A stretch of DNA of 64,000 bases from Anthoceros angustus. Its lineage: Eukaryota > Plantae > Anthocerotophyta. The stretch spans positions 376,247 to 440,246 of the forward strand of contig MU008187.1 in the NCBI GenBank assembly GCA_010909165.1. The letters run 5' to 3'. A program made the position numbers and the translations under genes. This document shows positions 1 through 11,349 of the stretch, piece after piece. Position 1 is the stretch's first letter. The number at the start of each line of letters is the position of its first letter. The notes under the pieces are model-generated. The model was not told the origin of the DNA. It did not search any database and saw only the letters and a list, made by a program, of their open reading frames with translations.

Positions 1-47
1 GGCTTGCCAACAAGAAGGACTGGAGCTCCGAAAGGTGACCCTGAAGA

Positions 48-1327
48 GCGTACAAACCCTTTCTGTAAAAGTTCATCTACCTGTTTCTTGATCTCCTCGT
101 TTTCAGCAGCTGATGTACGGTATGGTTGGATACTAATGGGCTTATGGCTTGGCAGTAGCTCTATGACATGGTCGACAGGGCGTCTAGGGGGGAGTTCTGC
201 TGGTTCGGTGAACACATCCTGGAACTCCTGCAGCAGTGACCTCATGGCGGGTGGTAGGAGTTCCTCATGAGCCTTGGCTCGCAGCCTGACTCGGGGTTCC
301 TCTAGGGTAAGACTCTTCGCCGATACATGAATCTGCCAGAGGCAGTAGCTTTATTGAAAGTAGATACTGCAAACAATTGTTTGTCTGGTGTATACTGCTC
401 ACCCTGCATGGTGTACGTCTTGTCTCCTTTTGTGAGGCTGACTACATTAGACAACCGGTCTATTTCTAATGTATGGGTATGCTTTGCCAGCCAGGGTTTA
501 CCAAAAATGATGTCATGACACAAGGACGGCATTACAGTTAGCTTGAAGACTTCTGCAAAACCACCCGGGAAGGTGATTAGTGCATCTGTCCACTCTTCTT
601 TGCTGGTTTCATGCTCGCCAATGTCAGCATTACTGTGGACACTGCCCGTGAGGTGCGGATCTCGATCAATCTTGGTAAACCACTTTGCACCATGAAGCTG
701 GTCCAGGATCTCATCGATCCTCGGCATCGGTATACATTTGTGTGGCCGGATTGAGCCTCGATAGTCAATGACCATACAATCGGCTTGCCAACGAAGATCT
801 CCGGTGACCATGAAGCGTACAAACCCTTCGTAAAAGTTCATCTACTGTTTCTTGATCTCCTCGTTTTCGGTGATGTACGGTATGGTTGGATACTAATGGG
901 CTTATGTAGCTCTATGACATAGTCGGATCTAGGGGAGTTCTGTGGTTGGTGAACACATCCTGGAACTCCTCTATTGACTCATGGTGTAGGAGTTCCTCAT
1001 GAGCCTTGGCCTGCGGCTGGACTGGGGTTCCTCTAGGGTAAGACTCTTTTCGACCGCTTCATTACATGAATCTCACAGAGAATCTTTAGTAGATCGCAAA
1101 CAATTGTTTTATCGTATCTTTCATCACCGCATGTGTCGTCTTGTCTCCTTTTGTGAGGCGACTACATTGACAATGTCTATTTCTAATGTATGGGTATGCT
1201 TTGCGGCCGAGGTTTACCAAAATGATGTCATGACACAAGGGCTGACATTACTTGAAGACTTCAAAACCACCGGAAGGTGATTAGTGCATCATCCACTCTT
1301 CTTCTTTGGTTTCATGCTCGCCAATCT
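48..1327. repeat. ~770 bp tandem duplication within gypsy pol (48-~640 vs 816-~1327)
   Basis: gcgtacaaacccttc...catctac and tcatgagccttgg...ctagggtaagactctt occur twice; the right copy has many small deletions. Confidence 0.85.
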
Positions 1328-1508
1328 TACTCATGGACACTCGAGTGCGGATCTGAGACCAACCTTTTCAGCAGCGGTTCTAGACACATAGTGATGAGTG
1401 GCACCAGAGTCTAGCAGGGCTGTGGCTCGGGCACCTTCTAGACCAACCTCTAGTTTGATGGGCACGCGGGTTAGGTAACCCTCTTGGACATTGGACTTTC
1501 GAGATTGC

Positions 1509-2300
1509 CTATGGCGGGTAACGACCCGCCATGTTGATGGCATGTCCACTCTTGGGAGGGTTTGGGGTAGGTTGGCTCACTCTGGTGGTCTTCCCGGTTT
1601 CTCTCAACCAGTTGATGAAGTCCTTGCGGAAAGGGCAGTTCTTTGAACCATGGTCCTGAGCCATGCAAGTAAAACACTTCCTCTTCTCACTGTATTCCCT
1701 CTTCTCTTCCTCCATCAGGATTTTGAAAGTTGGCTTCTTTTCTGACGCGTTGGCTGCCTTGTTCCACTTAGGCTTGGAGGGACCTGCAGAAGAGAGGTGT
1801 TTGTATTTGTTTGTACCGTAGTTGATGGGTGCCCGCATCGCTTCGACCAAAGTTGCTGGGTTCGTTTGGTTCACATCTGCTCTCATTTTGAATTTCAGTC
1901 CGTCGATGAATTTTTCGACTTTCTGCTCCTCATCCAGCCTGGGCATGTCAAGTGTAAGTTGGAGAAACTTATCACAGTATTCTTGTACGCTGCCTTGTTG
2001 GAATATCTTCCGGAATTGTTGATACAAATCCCTGCGATGATTCACTGGTAGGAACTGTTCCAAGAAAAGTTGCTTGAGAACTGGCCAGGAGTACACAGTC
2101 GGCCCCATGCCGAGATCCACCTGTTTCTCTCTCTGGCGCCACCAACGGTAGGCATATCCTTCAAGCGACATCACGTAGAACTGGATCTTCTGCAAATTGT
2201 CTTTATCGGAGGCTGCAAGGTACTTGTCGAGTTTGTCCAACCAGTCATGCACACTTTGAGCATCTTTGGCACTTCCGTCAAACGTTGTGGTCTTGATTTT
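1509..2300 (-). CDS. gag: Retrotransposon Gag capsid + CCHC zinc knuckle (frameshifted)
   Basis: WLDKLDKYL..LEGYAYRWW..WPVLKQLFLEQF..QGSVQEY..FIDGLK, then CX2CX4HX4C. Confidence 0.88.
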   Translation of the reverse strand, partial: KIKTTTFDGSAKDAQSVHDWLDKLDKYLAASDKDNLQKIQFYVMSLEGYAYRWWRQREKQVDLGMGPTVYSWPVLKQLFLEQFLPVNHRRDLYQQFRKIFQQGSVQEYCDKFLQLTLDMPRLDEEQKVEKFIDGLKFKMRADVNQTNPATLVEAMRAPINYGTNKYKHLSSAGPSKPKWNKAANASEKKPTFKILMEEEKREYSEKRKCFTCMAQDHGSKNCPFRKDFINWLRETGKTTRVSQPTPNPPKSGHAINMAGRYPP

Positions 2301-2649
2301 CCGTTACAACTCCTTGTCGAGCTGGGGCTTCGGTTTGAACAGGTACTCTTCTCCGCCTTGTACTTCCCCACTTGATCGACCTCGTCGACGCTCCCAATGT
2401 TCGTACCTCATCATTTGTAGACGTCTCACCATTGCTTTGATGTCCTTGTTTTCTTCTTCGCCAGGTTGGAGTTCCACGATGAGTTTCTTCTTTAGCTCTC
2501 CGTCCTCCAAATTGGATTCCTTCTCAGCACAAGGTACGGTTGTGTACCTCCGTTCTTCTTCTTTCCCCATGTCAGGGCGTGTTGCTCCAGATAACATGCC
2601 GTCCACAGGTGTGGAGGGCTGTGTCCCATCCACATATGGTACTGGGTCC

Positions 2650-3135
2650 GGCCTCACAAGGTCCGGAGGTGGAATTGGTGAGCTTAGGGTGCCGATTGCT
2701 CTGGGCTCTGAGCACACCTCCAGCCTCTCCAATCGGGCTTGGCCTCCCCACCGACGATCCGATCGAGCCCGCTCTACCTTTGCCAAGCTGGTCTTGTCTT
2801 GACAAGGATGAGCGTAATTGCTGTGTCGCTCGACGTTGGCCCTTCTCCATTCTTCGCAAGGTGTCATTCCGACGGTTTCAACCCCCGGCCGGGCTCACCA
2901 ACTATGGTCTCAGTGCAGGCCTCACGGTGTCAGGGTGGGGAATTGGTGGCGCCTGGGGTGCCGATTGCTCCAGTGAGCACCTCAGTGCCTCTCCAATCGG
3001 GCCCTCCCCACAGACGATCCGATCGGCGCCCGCTCTACCTTTGCCAAGTTTGGTCTTGTCTTGACAAGGATGGCGTAATTCACAGTGCATTCGGCGTTGG
3101 GCATCCTTTCCTCCATTCTTCGCAAGGTGTCGTAG
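2650..3135. repeat. Degenerate direct repeat (~270 bp period) in the gypsy 5' leader/gag N-terminus
   Basis: gggtgccgattgctc...cctctccaatcggg...gacgatccgatc...ctctacctttgccaag...tcttgacaaggatg...ttcttcgcaaggtgtc occurs twice. Confidence 0.8.
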
Positions 3136-3701
3136 GTTGCCTAACCGGTGGCTCACCAACTATAGTGCGTGCGGGATGGCGGCAATTCCAGGTGCCATGC
3201 TTCCTCGGCCGCGCGTCGCCGGATTACCGGCTCGAGGCGTGGCCAGTACTCGGAGTATCCGGCCGGTGTCCGACCTCGAATCGGATCTCGCCTCTTCTCG
3301 GGCCGAGGCGGTGAGTGTGCTCTCGGCCGCGCTCTGGTCGACATTTCGCAAGCTCTTGCCCGGTGGTGGGATGCGAGACGGCCTCGAGGAATTGTGGAGG
3401 TGCTGCCAGGCGGCGGCGACCCTTTCCCCACCCTTCTCGATGGCTGGTCTTCTTCGCCCGGAGGTTGCCTGTTCCTCTGCTGGAGGCAAGGCGCGATTGC
3501 TCATGCTGGCTCGCATGGAGAGATCTCCAAGACTCCTCCTTGTTTCTGCGCTTCCTCACGGTTGGTCATTCCTCTGTCGCTGATGATGGTTGCTGCAAAT
3601 TGCTGCTACCACCTCTAGGTGCTCCCGAACTTGGCCTCTAGATCCTGGCTGCCGGCCTTGATCCTTGATCCAAGGGTGGCTAGCTCAGTGGCTACCACAG
3701 A

Positions 3702-4041
3702 TGTTACGGGGCAGCTCCGGTTTCCAACTTCAGGGAATGGACGTTTTTTCTATGTTCGGAATGGCTACAAATACATGTGTGTGAGCAGGGCCAAGAAGGT
3801 CAGGTCTCGCTCGCCTAACTACCCTATTTCTTGGGGTTTCTTGGTACAATGGCTTTTGGTTATCAGACTATCTTATTTACTGCTATTTATCTATTTAGTT
3901 ATTTATCATTTTACATCAGCTGATTATACAAGAGAAAATACGTGTATTTCGTAGGGTTCCCTCTACCTGGTCATGGTAGCATCGGATCCATGGTTGTGCG
4001 TGGATGACCTGAGTGGCCTGCTCGTCATCGGTTGTTTCACA
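3702..4041 (-). repeat. 5' LTR of the gypsy element
   Basis: TGTTAC...TTTCACA termini. Homology to the 8952-9582 repeat resumes exactly at 4042, which marks the insertion point. Confidence 0.72.
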
Positions 4042-4590
4042 CATCCACAACGGAAACCTGGTCCCCACTTGGCCATCGAGAACATGACGTCGCGAACGGC
4101 GTGATGCGTAGCAATGCGCCGCCTACCGAGAGAGGGCTACGAGGTCTAAATGTAAAGCCAAAGGTTGGACCAAGACTAACCTCATCGTAGAAAAAGAAGC
4201 CGGTGCGTCTCGAAATACTTTGATGCAAGGTCGAAGCCATGAACTGCTCCCTTTCCGAGCAAGGCGGGCGAGCTCGAGTTGGTCAGGAATGGAGGAATCC
4301 AGGCACCAGCCGCCCATACTCGCCACAGGGAGGCCAAGCCCACGCGGCACCTGACAGAGACGAGGACGAATCACGGCATGACCTAGCCTCGAGGATAGGA
4401 CACCCTAGCTAATCTTAAGGACAAGCATGCAAGGGAAGGTGCCTCCTCGACACCCAGACGAAGGCCTTCAAGATGCAGTAATCCCAGGGACTAAATGAGA
4501 GGCATGGATGCGGGTTGAGAGGACCAAGCTCAAGCCCGCGCGGATGTTTCACATAAGGGCTGTATGCGTAGGGAATTGCATTCATGTGAG
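4042..4590 (-). mobile_element. CRE-like non-LTR retrotransposon fragment (copy A), interrupted by the gypsy insertion
   Basis: Degenerate copy of 8952-9582; encodes remnants SWLRPCIKVFRD and DQVSVVDV. Confidence 0.72.
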
Positions 4591-4594
4591 CACT

Positions 4595-5096
4595 TCCTCG
4601 AGACAACGAAACAAAACAAATATAATATGCAAATATAGGTGCAAACCAATTTGTAACACTAGGAGAGTAGCTCATGCCAGGCACAAACACACTCTCCCAC
4701 GGAACAACACGCAAATTGCTCGCACATGGCTCTGGGTGATAGCTTTGGCCTCCTCACAACACTCTTGCATTGCATATGTAGAGGACAAGCTATGATGTGA
4801 GCTTGTCCTCATGAAGGGTCTATATAGGTATACTAGCCCTTGGCATGGGCATATTCCTAAGATATCCTATTAGATATGAGGAAATATGCAAAGAATACAC
4901 TATAATATGCAATGAATGTGCTAAAGCATATTACTTGTGTTTATCCACTTAGCTATTGCTAACCATGTTTAATTAACACTAATCCATGCTTATTTAACAT
5001 AAACCACTTCATATTAATTAATACTAATTACTTACTTGATGATAAGTCATTAGATTAATTAATGCTAGATATAAATGAATTTAACGGAAATCAACA
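4595..5096. mobile_element. Probable solo LTR
   Basis: Flanked by 5-bp direct repeat GCACT (4590-4594, 5097-5101); ends in CAACA; internal ctatatagg TATA-like site. The left end is TC rather than TG. Confidence 0.5.
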
Positions 5097-5234
5097 GCAC
5101 TATCTCTTTCTGGAATAGATGCCAATATAGCTATTGACACACGACCGTTGAAAATTTCCCAGTTAGTAGTTGCCAACATGAAACCTTGTGAAAACCTACC
5201 AAATTTGTAGTTTCTCGTGGTATAAATGGGCGAG

Positions 5235-5730
5235 ACCAAAATCGAAACCGCTGCTCCGGACTATGAACTTCGAAATCTTGTTATCCATTCTTCTTGCATG
5301 TAACTTTTCATAATCCTGTGATCTACGGTTGTTAAGGTTTGTTCAATCAAAATTGATGTTCTCCTTTATAGAGGGATGGGTGTATCCATAAATATTCTGG
5401 CGTGTGTTAACGAATTCATTCTCTATACTTGTTCTCTTCAGGTTTCCCCAGAGGGCACGTAAATTACCCAAAGGGTGAGACCTAAACCGAAATAGTTCCT
5501 CCGCACCACGAACTTCAGAATCTCACATTCTTGCAAATATCTTTTAATAATCGTGTGATCTACGGTTGCCAAGGTTTGTTCAATGAAGATTGATGTTCTC
5601 CTTTATAGAGGGGATGAGTTTATGCATGTATGTTCCTGTGTGTTAACCAATTCATTCTCTCTACTTGTTCCCTCTGAGGTTTCCCTAGAGGGCACGTAAA
5701 TTACCCAAAGGCGGGACCTAAACCGAAAGA
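5235..5730. repeat. Two diverged ~245 bp tandem repeats upstream of the kinase
   Basis: gtgatctacggttg..aaggtttgttcaat..attgatgttctcctttatagaggg..agagggcacgtaaattacccaaagg..gacctaaaccgaaa is repeated. Confidence 0.85.
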
Positions 5731-5759
5731 AATACTCCTATTTATCAATCTTTAAAATT

Positions 5760-6577
5760 ATGGAGTCCACAATGAAAATTGAAGTGAGAATGTTTGAAGA
5801 AAGATACATATGTGGAAAATGTATCGGTGAAGGAGGTTTTTCAAAGTCTATGAATGCTATGACAAATATACGGAAAGATATTTGCCTGCAAAATTATGAA
5901 AAATCTAAAGACATAAATGATGCAATATGTAGAGAGATCAACACTCTTGATCTCTTCCAAAATATTCTCATATTATTAACACAAAAGTGTTCATGAGGAT
6001 ATTGAACATATTTATATTGTGATGGAGCTATGTACCTATGGTACACTAAAGGATGAACTAAAAAGGGGAGCTTATTGTGAAGAGGATGCAAAAATACTTA
6101 TGTTTAACCTAATGGAGGCAATCAATTTTGCCACGGGCATAATGTTATGCATCGCGATTTGAAACCGGCTAATATACTATTACTTAGCCGTCTCAAAGTC
6201 ATACTAGCAGACTTTGGTTTATGCATTCCATGTCTCCAAAGCGAACATGAATTATTATGCAGGGCTGCGGGAACCCCATGTTACATGGCTCGGAGGTATT
6301 GGACTCGGAAGATGATGTAAACATAAGCTATACTTCAAAAGCCGATATTTGGAGCGCAGGAGTCATTTTGTATGAAGTTTTAACGGAAATCGTCCTTATA
6401 TAGGATATGAGTTCGACAAAAAGAAGAATGGATAACTCAATTGGACCTAGATGAGTGGCCCAACATGTCACAGTGAAAGATCTACTACACTCAATGTTAC
6501 ATTTAGAACAAGAGTGTAGACCGGATCTGTGACAAGTTCTAAACCATTCTTGGTTTTGCTCGCTATCTTATATATGA
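5760..6577 (+). pseudogene. Intronless AT-rich Ser/Thr protein kinase (CAMK-like fold), copy 1, frameshifted as assembled
   Basis: Subdomains read across frames: IGEGGFS, ACK, HIYIVMELC, HRDLKPANILL, LADFG, AGTPCYMA, KADIWSAGVILYEVL, LNHSWF. Confidence 0.87.
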
Positions 6578-7359
6578 AAGATAGTAATTTTATTATATAA
6601 GAACTTTTATTTGTATTATATATTTTTAATATAATGATTTTTATTTTAACTTTATTCATAATTTCATTAAACCACTCTTGATTACCTCTTTCTTGTGAAA
6701 AGTCTTCAAGCCATGCAAGCGGTCATGAAATTGATGTAGTGAAGCGAGATTGGAGTATATCGCTATGTGTTTAGCTAGTGAGTCTTTTTGGTCATTGTCA
6801 TAGCATGGCATAATAGCATCGGACAATTTCTTCTTCTATAGCTACGCATATTATAGTTACTAAATCGCATGTTAGAATCTTGGCGGGTTATTCTTTATTC
6901 TAAGCGGCTCAACGTGCTTGTGGGACGACCACACCAAGGGTGTCGAATGTTTTGAATCATGAGCCGAGCAAGAGCGAGGCGAGGCGGAGTGTGAAGATGG
7001 CGTGCGAGAAGGAAAATTGGCATTTAGGGTGGAAGCGGCTATTGTTGAAGTCCCACCTTGCGTCCACGGAGAGAACTCCTAGCAGGCAATGGACACCGTT
7101 GCACGAAAAAGCCATCACACAAGAAAAGGGCAACCGCATTCTTGCAAATATCTTTTAATAATCGTGTGATCTACGGTTGTTAAGGTTTGTTCAATGAAGA
7201 TTCATGTTCTCCTTTATAGAGGGATGAGTTTATGCATGTATATTCCTGCTAATTCATTCTCTCTACTTGTTCTCTTGAGTTTCCCTAGAGGGCACGTAAA
7301 TTACCCAAAGGCGGGACCTAAACCGAAAGAAATACTCCTATTTATCAATCTTTAAAATT

Positions 7360-8190
7360 ATGGAGTCCACAATGAAATTGAAGTGAGAATGTTTTGAAGA
7401 AAGATACATATGTGGAAAATGTATCGGTGAAGGAGGTTTTTCAAAGTCTATGAATGCTATGACAAATATACGGAAAGATATTTGCCTGCAAAATTATGAA
7501 AAATCTAAAGACATAAATGATGCAATATGTAGAGATCAACACTCTTGATCTCTTCCAAAATATTCTCATATTATTAACACAAAAGTGTTCATGAGGATAT
7601 TGAACATATTTATATTGTGATGGAGCTATGTACCAATGGTACACTAAAGGATGAACTAAAAAGGGGAGCTTATTGTGAAGAGGATGCAAAAATACTTATG
7701 TTTAACCTAATGGAGGCAATCAATTTTGCCACAGGCATAATGTTATGCATCGCGATTTGAAACCGGCTAATATACTATTACTTAGCCGTCTCAAAGTCAT
7801 ACTAGCAGACTTTGGTTTTATGCATTCCATGTCTCCAAACGAACATGAATTATTATGCAGCTGCGGGAACCCCATGTTACATAGCTCGGAGGTATTGGAC
7901 TTGGAAGATGATGTAAACATAAACTATACTTCAAAAGCCGATATTTGGAGCGTAGGAGTCATTTTGTATGAAGTTTTAACCGGAAACCGTCCTTATATAG
8001 GATATGAGTTTGACGCCCAAAAAGAAGAATGGATAACTCAATTGGACCTAGATAAGTGACCCAACATCTCACACGAAGTGAAAGATCTACTACACTCAAT
8101 GTTATATTTAGAACAAGAGTGTAGACCGGATCTTGACAAGTTCTAAACCATTCTTGGTTTTGCTCGCTATCTTATATATATGAAAGATAG
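7360..8190 (+). pseudogene. Ser/Thr protein kinase, copy 2, frameshifted as assembled
   Basis: ORF 7745-8059 reads MHRDLKPANILLLSRLKVILADFG...SKADIWSVGVILYEVLTGNRPY; duplicate of 5760-6577. Confidence 0.87.
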
Positions 8191-8499
8191 TAATTTTATT
8201 ATATAAGAACTTTTATTTGTATTATATATTTTTAATATAATGATTTTTATTTTAACTTTATTCATAATTTCATTAAACCACTCTTGATTACCTCTTTCTT
8301 GTGAAAAGTCTTCAAGCCATGCAAGCGGCGGTCATGAAATTGATGTAGTGAAGCGAGATTGGAGTATATATGTGTTTAGCTAGTGAGTGCTTTTTGGTCA
8401 TTGTCATAGCATGGCATAATAGCATCGGACAATTTCTTCTTCTATAGCTACGCATATTATAGTTACTAAATCGCATGTTAGAATCTTGGCGGGTTATTC

Positions 8500-9582
8500 T
8501 GTCTAAAGCTCAACGTGCTTGTGGGACGACCACACCAAGGGTGTGCGAATGTTTTGAATCATGAGCCGAGCAAGAGCGAGGCGAGGCGGAGTGTGAAGAT
8601 GGCGGCGTGCGAGAAGGAAAATTGGCATTTAGGGGCGGCTATTGTTGAAGTCCCACCTTGCGGTGTCACGGAGAGAACTCCTAGCTGCAGGCAATGGACA
8701 CCGTTGCACGAAAAAGCCATCACACAAGAAAAGGGGGGGTGGTAGGCTTTAGCACAGGCCTTGATGAACCTGGAGAAATCCTTGCCCATGGCCCCGTGAG
8801 TCTCGATGGCAAGGGGGATGAAGGCGTGGCCCTTCTTGCATGGGCGAGTACTTGTGAACCTTCGTTGTCGCGCATCTCTCCGCCACCCAACCTGGAAGGT
8901 TGATGATGACGTGCTTGAAGACGATGTCCCAGGCAAGGTCTGTTACGACCACATCCACAACGGAAACCTGGTCCTCACTTGGCCATCGAGAACATGACGT
9001 CGCGAACGGCGTGATGCGTAGCAATGCGCTGCCCGCCAGCTGGAGAGCAAGGGGCTACGGCGGCAGGTCTAAACAGAGCAGGCCAAAGGTTGGACCAAAC
9101 CGAGGCGGAACCTCGTCGCGGTAGAAAAAGAAGCCGGTGCGTCTCGAAATACCTTGATGCAAGGTCGCGCTAGAAGCCATGAACCTGCTCCCTTCCCCGA
9201 GCAAGAGCGGAGGCGAGCTCGAGTTGGTCAAGGAATGGAGGAATCTAGGAGCAGAGCCAGCTGCACGTGCCCATACTGCTTCTCAAGGAGGGAGGCCAGA
9301 AGCCCACGCAGCCCGTCCGCAGAGAACGAGGACGAATGCAGCATGACCGCCCTATAGCCTCTGAGGATAGGACACCCCTAGCCAATCTTAAGGACAAGCA
9401 TGCAAAGGGAAGGTGCCCTCCTCGACGCCCGAGACGAAGGCCTTCAAGATGCGGTAATCCCCGGGGACTAGGAAATGAGAGGCATGGATGCGGGTTGAGA
9501 GGACCAAGCTCAAGCGCTGCGCCAGATGCCTTGCGGCGCACTCTAAGGGGCCTGTCGAGGTAGGGAATTGCATTCATGTGAG
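8500..9582 (-). mobile_element. CRE-like (restriction-like endonuclease) non-LTR retrotransposon 3' fragment (copy C; partial copy B at ~6900-7130)
   Basis: Across frames: ARLRSCSGKGAGSWLLARP..F..RFRLG, GGQRIATHHAVRDV, VVDVVVTD, KVHKY, FIPLAIETHGAMG. This fits the C-terminal zinc-knuckle/RLE region of CRE-type elements. Confidence 0.75.
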
Positions 9583-9757
9583 TGTTAATAATTAGGGGTT
9601 AGTTTAACCTAGCATATTATTTATTTATAATTAGGTTAATTACTCAAGGGGCACAATACCAACTATTTAAGACAATTTTGTGTACTCATTGTTTAATTGC
9701 ATTTTGTTTACTTGCAAACGCTTCCGCTATTACAATTTATAAGATGGTATCAGAGCC
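9583..9757 (+). mobile_element. LTR followed by tRNA-iMet primer-binding site
   Basis: TGTTAATA start at 9583; internal ctatttaag TATA-like site; canonical PBS TGGTATCAGAGCC at 9745-9757. Confidence 0.72.
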
Positions 9758-10150
9758 ATCTAGGCTAATGTTCTGAGTGCATGCTAGTTCTCTAGATGCA
9801 TTTCACAGCATTACACTAGGCCAGAATGCCTGGGTACAAAATCAAGGCTAATGGAGAAACTCCAGTGAATTCTAATCACTCATTTCAAATTCCTTTTGGC
9901 TTTGCTCACTTGCCCAGACACCTTCAGCTTCGCACACCGTTTGGCGAACACAAGCTGGCCTCTAGCGAGAGAGCAGTGCGCAAAAAGAAGCGCGCACCAG
10001 CACCCACATTACAAGCAACATTACAAGCAACCCATACCACCAGCACCCATACATCAGCAGGAAATCACTAGCACCCCCATCCTTCAGCCAATATATCCAG
10101 CATCCAGCATGCACAACTAGGTTAGCATCACCGCCACAGGTGCCCCAACA

Positions 10151-11040
10151 TCAGCAACCGTCCACCCATGTCGAGTCGCGATACCCCGCCCATGTTGTAA
10201 AGTGGCAACACCTCACGCAGCCCTGAGAAGACGAACCTTTGCCGACGATGTCTCTAAAGTCTTCCGCTGCAGTTGGCTGCTCATTGGAATCGTAATCGCC
10301 CGCCTGGCCACCAAATGCGGCCTCCACTCCTGTCGACTCCCGTTCCACCTCGTGATCACCTGGAATAGAAGAGGCTTTAGAAGCCTTAGGAGGTGAGACA
10401 GCGGAGGGAGCGAACGGTCGCCCCCGGCTCTGTGACCTCGTCACAGGGCCAGAGCTGGCTGGCCCTGTGGAGAGAGCCGGCAACTGCTCCTCCTTGTCCT
10501 CCTCTGACGCCATTTCTTCAACTTGCACCTCTTTCTCATCCATCCCAGTGTTCTTCCCCTTCGCCTCCTTTGCCTCCTTCTTCATCTCAGTCTTCAAAAG
10601 GAAGGCTGCCCAGCTCACACATTTGCACAGTTTCTTCTCTACCAAAATTCCCAAGGCCATGGACCTGGGCACCCGCTGTGAGTTGCACCTGCTTGGGCGT
10701 TTCCCATAGATGTGGTATAATAGATCATCTCGTGCCTCCACTCCCAGGCGAGGTGTATGCATGCCTTGCCATACAAAGCCTATGTTCTCGTTTTACCTTT
10801 CCAAAGGCATCAGACAACACGTCCGCCCTCCCAATCTCTCCTTCAAACCCATCAAAACTTGTCGTTTGAGCGTCCAAGCCTTTCTCGGAGCTTCCATCAC
10901 CATCGTGCCAATTCCATACCTTGCCACGAAGGTAGGAGTATCTCTCGGTTGACATCGATGCGGGCAGCCCGATCTTGCATGCCTTGGCCGCGCTCAAATT
11001 GCGAGCTTCCTTAAGCGATGAGTGCTCCCTAGGAGCCATG
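10151..11040 (-). pseudogene. Frameshifted unknown ORF, antisense within the LTR-element remnant
   Basis: ORFs 10725-11132 and 10151-10762 overlap by frameshift; GC-rich coding-like sequence with an acidic low-complexity C-terminal part; no family recognised. Confidence 0.3.
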
Positions 11041-11349
11041 GCAAGCGGCGGGCAACTCAAGCGGACACGGCGAGGAGGAGGAGGAGGCGAGCGAGGATTG
11101 GAGGAAGGGAGAGGTGGACGATCAATGTCCAAGAAGTGGGCACAGTTGTCAACGGGTAAAGTGAGCTGATTTAGACTTACCTAAAGTTAAGTTTTATGGT
11201 TAAAGTAAAAAGTAGAAAGTTAAAGTAGATCATACTAATAATAATAATAAATAAATATACTATAAGGTAAGAAGTATGATAAAATATATAAAAGTAAATG
11301 ATTCAAAATTCATATTCACACCATTCATACTCTATCACAAGATAGCCAA

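Larger units (their letters stand above)
1..4041 (-). mobile_element. Ty3/gypsy LTR retrotransposon, 5' part (LTR, gag, protease, start of RT), degenerate; continues left of the window
   Basis: Gag ORF 1509-2252 has the QQGSVQEYCDKF motif and a CFTCMAQDHGSKNC zinc knuckle. Protease motif ALLDSGATH at ~1400. Gypsy RT N-terminus DHVIELLP..PYR..EIKKQVDELLQKGFVRSSGSPFGAPVLLV at 1-180; IDYR..PMPRIDEILDQLHGAKWFTKID at 660-780. Confidence 0.93.
5526..8737. repeat. ~1.6 kb tandem duplication (5526-7130 / 7137-8737) carrying the kinase and a CRE 3' fragment
   Basis: Near-identical sequence; junction aagaaaaggg-caaccg-cattcttgcaaatatc at ~7130. Confidence 0.92.

Noticed and set aside
48-1327. Gypsy pol duplication as a functional feature
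   Set aside because: One copy is deletion-ridden like a noisy read; likely decay or an assembly artefact.
5349-5356. AAAATTGA (Mimivirus early-promoter word) upstream of the kinase
   Set aside because: An 8-mer in AT-rich DNA, ~400 bp from the ATG and not conserved in the second repeat; likely chance.
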